In this document: positions 37,265 to 45,180 of the stretch, piece after piece
Position numbering within the stretch: position 1 is the first letter of the stretch
Layout: every line of letters starts with the position of its first letter
Assembly: GCA_040754655.1 (NCBI GenBank)
Contig: JBFMCE010000016.1
Coordinates: 1 to 45,180, forward strand
Length of the DNA: 45,180 bases
Origin: Bdellovibrionota bacterium
Lineage (GTDB): Bacteria; Bdellovibrionota; UBA1018; UBA923
Direction: 5' to 3'
Position numbers and translations under genes: made by a program
The notes under the pieces: model-generated
The model's database searches: none
Told to the model about the DNA's origin: nothing
The model's input: only the letters and a program-made list of their open reading frames with translations

Positions 37265-38225
37265 TGAATCTACTCCTGTATACGCTTTGCTGCGCGCGCC
37301 ACCAAGAGCCCGGAATCATCGCGAGCTTTTCCCAAAGCGTGAGGTGAGCGCGCCTGGTGTAAACATCGTACTTGTTTTCCCTGATTTTATGGAGGATTGA
37401 CGAATAGGCGTCGACTGCGAACTGAAATGCCAATCTTCCTCCCCAACTTGAAACAAGCGGGATGAGAGCCAGCCCCCTGCGATAGAGTTCGAATGCCCTT
37501 TCGATCTGGTATTCCATGAGCTGGTGGAATTTTTCATCATTCCTTCGCTGGAGCAAATCATTCTCGGAAATGCCGAAGCGATCGAGATCCTCCTTCGGAA
37601 GATAAATGCGTCCTCTGGCGAGGTCTTCGCCGACATCACGCAAGATATTGGTGAGCTGAAAAGCCGTGCCCAAGGTTTTTGCGTAATCCAGGGCTCTGGT
37701 GTCTTTCACATAACCCGCCACGGGCGTGATCATCAAGCCGATCGTGCCAGCGACCCGGTAACAATAAAGCTTAAGCTCTTCATAAGTCGCATACCGGTTT
37801 TGCGTAAGATCCATCGCGACACCGCTCAGAAGGTCGTCAAAAGGAAAGAGTTCGATTCCATATTGATTGATGGTTTCGCCCAAGACGGCGTACCGCGGGT
37901 TAAGGCTTCTGCCATCGCAGGCTCTTCGCAATTCCATCTTCATGAAATCAAGTTGGCGCTCGATCTCACCTTTATCCGCTGGAGTGGGATCGTTCAGGGT
38001 CTCAACCACATCAACGGTGTCGTCGGCCGTTCGCGCAAAGCCGTAGATCGCCGCGATCGCTCGCCCACGGGCAGGGCCAAGAAGCTTCGCCATCACGTAG
38101 AATGTCTTGCCGTGCTCACGCAAAATCGAATAACACTCGTCAAAACCAAGCTGCCTATCGCTTTCAGCCAAGCCTGGATTGCGACGGATGCTTTGAACTT
38201 CTACCGGTGGTTCTGGGCTTCTCAT
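37248..38225 (-). CDS. Squalene/phytoene synthase family head-to-head prenyltransferase (HpnD/CrtB/CrtM-like)
   Basis: KTFY, IYGFARTADDTVD, MDL, YCYRVAGTIG, FQLTNILRDVGED...RGRIYLP. Start set at the ATGA overlap 38225 (ORF track 38273). Confidence 0.9.
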   Translation of the reverse strand: MRSPEPPVEVQSIRRNPGLAESDRQLGFDECYSILREHGKTFYVMAKLLGPARGRAIAAIYGFARTADDTVDVVETLNDPTPADKGEIERQLDFMKMELRRACDGRSLNPRYAVLGETINQYGIELFPFDDLLSGVAMDLTQNRYATYEELKLYCYRVAGTIGLMITPVAGYVKDTRALDYAKTLGTAFQLTNILRDVGEDLARGRIYLPKEDLDRFGISENDLLQRRNDEKFHQLMEYQIERAFELYRRGLALIPLVSSWGGRLAFQFAVDAYSSILHKIRENKYDVYTRRAHLTLWEKLAMIPGSWWRAQQSVYRSRFNGQQH

Positions 38226-39832
38226 GGCTGAAGCGTCGCTCCTGTGCGTTCTTGAATTCGGTTTTTCACCCAAGTCTTTGCCCGCGAGGCCGTTTTTGCA
38301 AGGCGTCTATGCGCGCGAACTGCGGCGATCTTTCCTGAGAGCGCTGCTGTAGGCACTGCGCCCGGCCATACTGTGAAATGGCCCGCCATGTGCAAATTCG
38401 AGAGAGGGGTTTTCGTGTGAGCAAGCGGGTTCAAGAAAGGGAAATTTCTCCAATTCAATTCAAACCCGCATGATCCGCCTAGCTGATTTTTCGTGAACCG
38501 ATAAGCCGACAAGGGGCTTCCGACATCGATGTATTCAATATGTTTGCGCACATCGGGAAAAATACCCTCGAACACCCCGACGATCTGATCACCTACTTTG
38601 CGTTTGAGTTCTTTGTATTCGATCGAGCGTTTGTCCCACTGCCCCTCTGATCTCCAATGATCAAGCCACTCGCAACGAGTAAAGGCTTGAAGCACAACGG
38701 CTGACTTCCCTTCGGGCGCAAGACTAGGATCATCTATGCAATGAGAGGTAACTTCAAGAAAGGTTTTCTTATGCGCCTCCGGATCATTGAGGTCCAATTC
38801 AGTGCGGCAGCCATAATCAGGAAAATAGAAAATGTGCGATGACTTCACGATCTCTTTTAGTTTTTCGCGAGGCAGATCAAGACCCAGGTAAACGCAAACC
38901 AAAGGATCGGAATGTTTAGCAGCCTCAAGCTTGGCGATCTCGCTCTGTGGAAAATGCTCTGAACCAATCAACTGAAATACGGCCTGTTTGTAATCGCCCG
39001 CGAAGACGACCTCCTTGGCTTCAAACCGTTCATTTTTCCGGGTGATGACCGCATCGACTCGTTTCCCCGATTTTTCAAACTCAGTGACCGTGCTCTTGAA
39101 CTTGAATTCCACTCCCTTTTCTTGAAGCGCTTTCACCCACTGGTCAAACCACAACTGATAGCCGCCCTCAGGATACCAATAGTCTTCAGCCCACAAATGC
39201 CAAAAGGCCGAGGCGACAAAAACGTTCATCCGGGAATAACCGCAATGAGCGAGCAAATCCCTCACGCCTGATTCGGGCAAAACCCGCTTGTACCAGTCTT
39301 CAAAGTCATCCAGCATCAAGGTTTTCAAAGATCCCGTCCACGGCAACGCCCTGCTAAGCCAAGAAGCGAACGCCGTCGGCGATTCACGCTCGACAAACGG
39401 GATCGCTTCTTTGACAAAGACGCGCTTGATGAACGCTGAGGTAAGGTCGTGCATGTCGAAAACGCGGTCAAACCCTTGGGCCAGTTTCGGGTATGCTTTC
39501 TTGAAATCCTCACGGGTCTGCTTGAGCGACATCACGATAGTGTCGATTTCGGGCATCTTCAACCGGTATCTCACGCGATGAAATTTCGCGACACGCTCTA
39601 ACCCGTACTGTTTGAGCAGCGGAAAGACGATGTTCATGTTCTCAAAGGATTGGCATCCGGCATCGAAATAAAAGCCACGGCGCCAGATCCCGGCCATCAA
39701 TCCACCCGCCTGGTGGTTGTGTTCTAGAACAAGAACCTTGTAGCCGCGATGGTTGAGGTCGCTTGCCGCCATCATGCCAGCGATGCCCGCTCCAACAACG
39801 ATCGCGTCGTACTTGGTTTCAGAGGATTGCAT
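38222..39832 (-). CDS. Phytoene-desaturase-family (CrtI/COG1233-like) FAD oxidoreductase
   Basis: VVGAGIAG, VLEHNHQAGG, GFYFDAG, YPEGG, VYLGLD, DPSLAPEGKS, SPLS, NLHMAGHFTVWPGAVP. Confidence 0.82.
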   Translation of the reverse strand: MQSSETKYDAIVVGAGIAGMMAASDLNHRGYKVLVLEHNHQAGGLMAGIWRRGFYFDAGCQSFENMNIVFPLLKQYGLERVAKFHRVRYRLKMPEIDTIVMSLKQTREDFKKAYPKLAQGFDRVFDMHDLTSAFIKRVFVKEAIPFVERESPTAFASWLSRALPWTGSLKTLMLDDFEDWYKRVLPESGVRDLLAHCGYSRMNVFVASAFWHLWAEDYWYPEGGYQLWFDQWVKALQEKGVEFKFKSTVTEFEKSGKRVDAVITRKNERFEAKEVVFAGDYKQAVFQLIGSEHFPQSEIAKLEAAKHSDPLVCVYLGLDLPREKLKEIVKSSHIFYFPDYGCRTELDLNDPEAHKKTFLEVTSHCIDDPSLAPEGKSAVVLQAFTRCEWLDHWRSEGQWDKRSIEYKELKRKVGDQIVGVFEGIFPDVRKHIEYIDVGSPLSAYRFTKNQLGGSCGFELNWRNFPFLNPLAHTKTPLSNLHMAGHFTVWPGAVPTAALSGKIAAVRAHRRLAKTASRAKTWVKNRIQERTGATLQP

Positions 39833-40835
39833 GCACTGGCTCCAAGAATAGCTCTCCGAGACCGATGAGCAAACCGCGATATTCCGGGTATTTCTTCAGA
39901 GAGGCATCTACTGCGATTTTATTCTGGATATCCCGGATGTAGCGAACCGCCATGCCTTTGGCATCGTAACGCGCAAAGATAGCCAGCGCTTCTTGGATAT
40001 CTTTATCGGTCGTGGCTCCTCGCGATTTGCGCAGGATCTGGGCTAGTTTTTCTTTGTCGTCGTGGCCGCCGACCTGGTTCACATGGGCTACGAAAATGCT
40101 GATCTTGCCTTCAGCCACATCGGTAGCCACCCGGTCACGGCCTTTTGACCCATAAATATCGAGAAGATCATCTTGGATCTGAAACAACATGCCCAAGTCC
40201 ATTGATGCTTTCTCGACGACCTGGCAACTTTCGGCGGTCTCCCCTAGCGCTTCCATGGCGCCGACGATCGGCAAGGCAAAAAGCCCTGAGGTTTTACCGC
40301 GAATGACTTCAAGATACTGGTCTAGACCGGCGAATCTTTGGTCTTTGATCGCAAACTCTTGTGCTTGCCCTTCAATAACCCTGAGCGTCGTCGACGCCGC
40401 TCGATCAATCAATTTAAGTTTACGAGCAGGATCGACCTCGAGTCGGTTCAGCAGTCGAAACGCGTATTGAAACATCGCATCACCGCAGTTAATCGCTTGG
40501 GCGGGGGAATACCGTTTCCATACCGTGGCTCTGCTGCGACGAACCTCATCGCCATCCTGCAAGTCGTCATGCACGAGAGTTGCATTGTGGATCATCTCGA
40601 CGGCGGCTCCTAAAGGCACTGCCTCTTTCGGATTACGCCCCAGCAACTTGTAAACGACCAAAGGAATCAAGGCGCGAAGGCGTTTTCCGCCCGTTTCGAA
40701 ATGATAAAGGCTCATCTCTACGCACAGGCTTCCTGTTTCCTGAGCGGAGGCCTTGAAAAAAGAATTCAAAGATTCTTCGATCTGAGCGAGGTACTCTTTG
40801 CGGATCAATTCAAAATCAGACTGCACCTTATCCAC
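39819..40835 (-). CDS. Trans-polyprenyl diphosphate synthase (FPP/GGPP or longer)
   Basis: GGKRLR, EMIHNATLVHDDLQD (FARM), RR, AINCGD, GQ, KT, FQIQDDLLD (SARM). Confidence 0.92.
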   Translation of the reverse strand: MDKVQSDFELIRKEYLAQIEESLNSFFKASAQETGSLCVEMSLYHFETGGKRLRALIPLVVYKLLGRNPKEAVPLGAAVEMIHNATLVHDDLQDGDEVRRSRATVWKRYSPAQAINCGDAMFQYAFRLLNRLEVDPARKLKLIDRAASTTLRVIEGQAQEFAIKDQRFAGLDQYLEVIRGKTSGLFALPIVGAMEALGETAESCQVVEKASMDLGMLFQIQDDLLDIYGSKGRDRVATDVAEGKISIFVAHVNQVGGHDDKEKLAQILRKSRGATTDKDIQEALAIFARYDAKGMAVRYIRDIQNKIAVDASLKKYPEYRGLLIGLGELFLEPVHAIL

Positions 40836-41879
40836 TTATCGATCCCCTTCCCACTCTGAGGCCTCAAAAGAGCGAGCGCCCTCGCCAAGTTGGGTCTTCA
40901 AGAGCTGCACGCCCGAAACGCGCGCAAGCTCTGCTTGAACTTTCGGCGAATCCTCCGGAGTCGTGATCACCACGACGTTTGGACCGGCATCAATAGTGAA
41001 AAAAGCCCTGACTCCTGATTTCCTCAGAGCCCAAACCCGTTGCATGATTTCTAGCGTGGCGGGCTGCCAGTAGAAAACGGCGGGAAACGCGGCCATGGCT
41101 GAAGCATGCATGCGAATGCAATTGCTCTCTGAGAGTTCAGCGAGTTTATTGAAATCACGCACATCGATCGCCGAGCGGATCAAGGCTACGCTTTCCTCCG
41201 CGCTTTCAATCCAAGCGCTAAAGTAAGGCGAAGTCAGGCGAGTGTGTTCCATTCCGCCTGTCGAGGCCTCGTTCTTTTGGCCCTGATTGGCAACAGCGAT
41301 CAGCGCGCTCAAGTTCCAATGGTCCGCTGGCCTGAACTGTTCTGCAACGCTGTCTTTACCATCAGACCGGCTACCGCGCTTCCACTCGACAAATCCGCCA
41401 AAAAGCGATCTGCAGGCTGAACCCGATCCTTTGCGAGCGATCTCTGAGAGTTCTTTCTTCGAGAGGTCAAGTTTCAATGCATGAGATGCGGCTAGCGTCA
41501 CCGCGCTGAGTCCTGAGGCGGATGAAGCGAGTCCCGCCGCGGTCGGAAAGTTATTGAAGCTCTGCACTCGGGCAAAACGAGATTCACCTGCAGAGTTGCG
41601 AATCTCGTCAAGAACTCGTTTTACTTTCAATAGCTTGTCCGGGCTTTCGAGCTTGCCATTGAGGACGAGCTCGTCAGATTTGAAAGCCGCGTTGAATTCA
41701 ACGGTCGTAAAACTGCCGTAGTGTTTCAGAGTGACGGAGAGGCTTCCGTTGGTCGGAAGGTTGAGCTTCACATCTCTCTTTCCCCAGTACTTCGCCAACG
41801 CGATATTGCTAGGAGAAAAAACGCGCGCCCATTGGGATTGGCTCTGAATGCTTTCAATTTCCCAACTCGTCTGCTTCAC
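40836..41879 (-). CDS. mvaD: Diphosphomevalonate decarboxylase
   Basis: SNIALAKYWGK, NNFPTAAGLASSASG, ARKGSGSACRSLFGGFVEW, TIDAGPNV. Confidence 0.95.
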   Translation of the reverse strand: MKQTSWEIESIQSQSQWARVFSPSNIALAKYWGKRDVKLNLPTNGSLSVTLKHYGSFTTVEFNAAFKSDELVLNGKLESPDKLLKVKRVLDEIRNSAGESRFARVQSFNNFPTAAGLASSASGLSAVTLAASHALKLDLSKKELSEIARKGSGSACRSLFGGFVEWKRGSRSDGKDSVAEQFRPADHWNLSALIAVANQGQKNEASTGGMEHTRLTSPYFSAWIESAEESVALIRSAIDVRDFNKLAELSESNCIRMHASAMAAFPAVFYWQPATLEIMQRVWALRKSGVRAFFTIDAGPNVVVITTPEDSPKVQAELARVSGVQLLKTQLGEGARSFEASEWEGDR

Positions 41880-41880
41880 T

Positions 41881-42837
41881 TCAAATCCCTGCCTTATCGA
41901 TAGCCAAAACTTTGCAGCCAGCTTCGCTCAACTTCTGGGCCACCCGCTGACCTTCGTGGGGCCTTGTGATTAAGACGACTGCGCCGCCGCCGCCAGCGCC
42001 GCTGACCTTACCCGCTAGTGCGCCCGCGTCCCGCGCCTTCCCAAGAAGCGCGTCTATCGAACTGGTGCTCAAACCCAACTCCGCAAGAATGCCTTGTGAC
42101 TCACGAACTGTTCGCGCCACTGTTTCCGCGTCGCCCGCAGAAAGAGCCGTCTCACACGCATCCACAAGTTGTTTCATCACACCAGCCATTCGAGACCACT
42201 GCTCTGCGTGGCGTTGCCTGAAATCAACGACCTGCCCGACCAATGACGCGCAATCGTCTCTCTCTCCGCCGTCGACGATGACGAAGTCGGCGGCCTTATT
42301 GCGAAGTTCTCGTTGAATCGATCCCGCTTCAAAACGGATCGCGCAATTCGAGAGGATGACCGCACTGTCAACCCCGCTTGGGCGACCATGAAAAATCCTC
42401 TCTACCGCCAACGATCCTCTCATGAGCTCTTCCCAAGTCGCTCCTTCGAGAACCAGCGTTCTTCGATACTCGTCAAACGCTCGCGCCAACGCCACCGAGA
42501 ATGAGGCGCTGCTGCCTAGGCCGCGCGAAACCGGGAAATTGGTAGACGACTCGACTCGAAAAGGTTGAGAAGCGATATCCACGCGAAAACTATCGGCCGC
42601 GGCATAAGTAGCCCTCGCCATCAGATTCTCGACCATCTCGCGGTCAATTCCCCCGGGGATATTCGCGGTATAGTGTGGATGGCTGTCAGGCATGAGCTTC
42701 ACTTCGCAGTAAAGATCGCGTAGCGGGAAGGCTAAGGCCGGCACGGCTTCTGGGCTTGAATCAGACGGCACAACGAAGTGCTCTCCTAATAAAATAAACT
42801 TTCCACAAGCCCTTCCCTTCGCCGCTTTGCTGCTCAT
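41881..42837 (-). CDS. mvk: Mevalonate kinase
   Basis: GKFILLGEHFVV, PVSRGLGSSAS, HGRPSGVD, KVSGAGGGG. Confidence 0.88.
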   Translation of the reverse strand: MSSKAAKGRACGKFILLGEHFVVPSDSSPEAVPALAFPLRDLYCEVKLMPDSHPHYTANIPGGIDREMVENLMARATYAAADSFRVDIASQPFRVESSTNFPVSRGLGSSASFSVALARAFDEYRRTLVLEGATWEELMRGSLAVERIFHGRPSGVDSAVILSNCAIRFEAGSIQRELRNKAADFVIVDGGERDDCASLVGQVVDFRQRHAEQWSRMAGVMKQLVDACETALSAGDAETVARTVRESQGILAELGLSTSSIDALLGKARDAGALAGKVSGAGGGGAVVLITRPHEGQRVAQKLSEAGCKVLAIDKAGI

Positions 42838-43892
42838 CGAGATTGTCCTATCGTTGTGTAGTCGAGGGTTCGTCTCAATTTTTTCTTCCTTAAATCGGCT
42901 ACGCTGGCGGATCCTGTCACAAACATAGCCGTTCTCAATTCTTCGATCACTTGGGAAATCGCCCGAACAGCCTCATCAACCGATCTTTCCGCCGCTTTCA
43001 AGATGGGAAGCGCAAGAGCCGCCGCATCAGCGCCAAGCCCAATAGCTTTGGCCACTTCAATCCCATTTCTCATTCCGCCCGAAGCGATGATCGTCATTTG
43101 CGGAAACGCCTGGCGGCATGTCACCACGCTTTCCGCAGTGGGCACTCCCCATCGCGCAAAGAGCTCGCCGGTTGAACGCTGCACGAGGTCTTGAGTTCTT
43201 AAACTTTCAATCTTTGACCAAGAAGTCCCGCCAATTCCTGCAGTCTCGATTCCTGCGATGGGCAACTCGCCCATCTTCAAGGCAGTCGTTTCTGAAATGC
43301 CCGATCCCACTTCTTTCAAGATCACAGGCACGCCCATCTGGGGAATCACGGCTTTCATCTTAACGATCAGGCCCGAGAAATTCGTATCGCCCTCGGGCTG
43401 AATGGCTTCTTGCAGCGGGTTCAAATGAAAGTTGAAAGCATCGCAACCCACTTCATCGATCAATATCTTGAGTTCGGCCAAGCCCACACCGTAATTGAGT
43501 TGAACAGCCCCGAGATTGCCCACGAGAAGCGGAAGCTTGGGCGCATGATTTCGAACCTGATACGAACTTTTCGTACCCGAATCCTGCAACATCTTGCGTT
43601 GGGAACCCAGAGCAAAACCCACCTGGCACTTTTCCGCGGCTAGGGCAAGCCGACGGTTGATCTCTGCAGCCTTTTCGGTTCCGCCAGTCATCGCGCCTAC
43701 GATCAACGGCGCTGCCAGCTTCTTTCCAAACAAGACCGTGCTTAATGAAATCTTGGATTTGTCGACCTCAGGCAAAGCATCATGATCAAAGCGATAGCTT
43801 CCAAATCCATTTGCGTCGCCTGAACCGTATTCCACCTGTTCATTAAGACAAATCGCCAGATGGCTATTCTTTCGATCGTAGTCTTCTTGCAT
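42834..43892 (-). CDS. fni: Type 2 isopentenyl-diphosphate delta-isomerase
   Basis: RKNSHL, AMTGG, GSQR, HLNPLQEAIQPEGD, KEVGSG, GGTSW, ASGGMRNG. Confidence 0.95.
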   Translation of the reverse strand: MQEDYDRKNSHLAICLNEQVEYGSGDANGFGSYRFDHDALPEVDKSKISLSTVLFGKKLAAPLIVGAMTGGTEKAAEINRRLALAAEKCQVGFALGSQRKMLQDSGTKSSYQVRNHAPKLPLLVGNLGAVQLNYGVGLAELKILIDEVGCDAFNFHLNPLQEAIQPEGDTNFSGLIVKMKAVIPQMGVPVILKEVGSGISETTALKMGELPIAGIETAGIGGTSWSKIESLRTQDLVQRSTGELFARWGVPTAESVVTCRQAFPQMTIIASGGMRNGIEVAKAIGLGADAAALALPILKAAERSVDEAVRAISQVIEELRTAMFVTGSASVADLRKKKLRRTLDYTTIGQSR

Positions 43893-43918
43893 ACTGCTCG
43901 ATCAAAACTCCTGTGGCA

Positions 43919-44932
43919 TTAACTCAGCGCTGAGCTGATAGAGCGGAATACGTTTTTCGCGCTAGCCATGCTGTCGTTCACGGCAGAAGGCTCGTAACCG
44001 CAATGCACCATACAGTCGCTGCACTTGGGATGGCCGCTTTGCGAACCGTATTTATCCCAGTCGGTGGTTTCAAGAAGCTCTTTAAAGGTTTTGGCGTACC
44101 CTTCTTCGCTGAACAAATAACAAGGGCGTTGCCATCCAAAAATATTATAGTTCGGGTTGCCCCAAGGGGTGCACGCATACTCGCGTTCGCCTTTGAGGAA
44201 ATCGAGATAAAACGGAGAGTGATTGAACACCCACTTTCTCTCTTTCATAGGTTCTAATACTTTGCGGAAAAGATCTTTGGTCTGAGTGCGCTTTAAAAAC
44301 CTGTCTTGAACCGGCGCTTTCTCATAATTATAGCCTGGAGAAATCATCATCCCGTCAATATCAAGCTCCATCATATCATCGAAGAAGCGATGCAAATCTT
44401 CAGCAGGATGGTCCGTAAAAATAGTCGTATTGGTCGTTACGCGAAAACCTCTTCGTTTGGCTTCTTTAATCGCCGCGACCGCGGTTTTGTAAGTTCCTTC
44501 GCGTTGAACGCAATGGTCATGGTGTTTCTCAATTCCATCCATGTGCACGCTGAAAGTGAGGTAATCACTCGGGGTGAATAGGTCCATCTTTCGTCCGAGC
44601 AACAATGCGTTGGTGCACAAATAAATGAACTTTTTCCGTGCGATCAAACCCTCAACGATTTCTTTGATTTGAGGATGGATGAGAGGCTCGCCTCCAGCGA
44701 CACTCACCACCGGAGCGCCACATTCATCAGCAGCCGCAAAACACTGCTCTGGAGTGAGAGTTTTCTTCAAGATTTCTTCAGGGTACTGGATCTTACCGCA
44801 CCCCATGCACTCAAGGTTGCAACGAAATAAGGGTTCAAGCATCATCACAAGCGGATAGCGTTTGTTGCCTTTAACCTTTTGCGTGAATACGTACTTCCCA
44901 ACCATCACTACTTGTTTCAGCGGAATTCCCAT
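43919..44932 (-). CDS. hpnH: Adenosyl-hopene transferase, radical SAM
   Basis: [26 protein letters not shown] (CxxxCxxC), [30 protein letters not shown]. Confidence 0.95.
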   Translation of the reverse strand: MGIPLKQVVMVGKYVFTQKVKGNKRYPLVMMLEPLFRCNLECMGCGKIQYPEEILKKTLTPEQCFAAADECGAPVVSVAGGEPLIHPQIKEIVEGLIARKKFIYLCTNALLLGRKMDLFTPSDYLTFSVHMDGIEKHHDHCVQREGTYKTAVAAIKEAKRRGFRVTTNTTIFTDHPAEDLHRFFDDMMELDIDGMMISPGYNYEKAPVQDRFLKRTQTKDLFRKVLEPMKERKWVFNHSPFYLDFLKGEREYACTPWGNPNYNIFGWQRPCYLFSEEGYAKTFKELLETTDWDKYGSQSGHPKCSDCMVHCGYEPSAVNDSMASAKNVFRSISSALS

Positions 44933-45180
44933 GTCACTAAACCCTCACGTCTCCTCAAATTACAATTCATAATGATTTAACCGACTTAAAGCTATGCTGG
45001 CATCTTACGGGTTAAAATCCAGCACTATTTTCAATCAATCTTCCGCTAAATAAAGCACAAACACTGATTAAATCGCTCGGCTTTCAATGTTGCTGACGGC
45101 TCGGAAACTAGCCTGAACCAAGCAATTTTGTCAAAAAAGATCTCATCTAAATTCACCGCTAAAGCGGGTTTTCAGCAGAC

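Noticed and set aside
37524..38231. 235-aa plus-strand ORF
   Set aside because: Antisense shadow of the synthase gene with no motif. The same applies to 24195-24707, 22156-22578, 23770-24198 and the other short nested ORFs.
44933..45180. Regulatory element upstream of hpnH
   Set aside because: AT-rich and probably holds the promoter, but no motif could be assigned with confidence.
1..45180. CRISPR arrays, tRNA/rRNA, IS elements, prophage genes
   Set aside because: No spaced direct repeats, cloverleafs, or transposase, integrase or phage motifs were seen.

Overview
Gene-dense bacterial window, mostly on the minus strand. Gene content (sigma54 promoters, mevalonate pathway, hopanoid genes, many secreted orphans) suggests a Bdellovibrionota/Myxococcota-like host, but this is inference only. 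Five blocks are visible. (1) 26-7707: a divergent cassette with two back-to-back sigma54 promoters. The left arm encodes B12-dependent glutamate mutase E and S, a membrane di-iron desaturase/hydroxylase, an Asd paralog and an aspartokinase paralog; the right arm encodes an ATP-grasp ligase and an EamA exporter. This looks like a biosynthetic cluster for a beta-methylaspartate-derived non-proteinogenic amino acid or peptide that I cannot match to a known product, and it is my top candidate for a new system. (2) 7890-14413: an AT-richer operon of KMO-like monooxygenase, LysE, GNAT, periplasmic binding protein and hybrid histidine kinase, plus a DUF4097-like gene. (3) 14844-21609: a sigma54-preceded four-gene operon of exported proteins: a large coiled-coil protein with hydrophobic hairpins, a Hint-domain protein lacking the C-terminal His-Asn, a subtilase lipoprotein with Glu at the catalytic Asp position, and an anchored helical protein. 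(4) 21730-29157: leucine-catabolic liuBCDE head-to-head with class II HMG-CoA reductase and a probable phosphomevalonate kinase. (5) 31090-44932: a 12-gene operon joining the lower mevalonate pathway to hopanoid genes (hpnH, shc, hpnG, hpnO), with a single head-to-head synthase, a CrtI-like oxidoreductase, a CruF-like protein and a POTRA-less Omp85 barrel. I recognised no rRNA, tRNA, CRISPR array or transposase. All calls come from reading motifs by eye; no searches were run.
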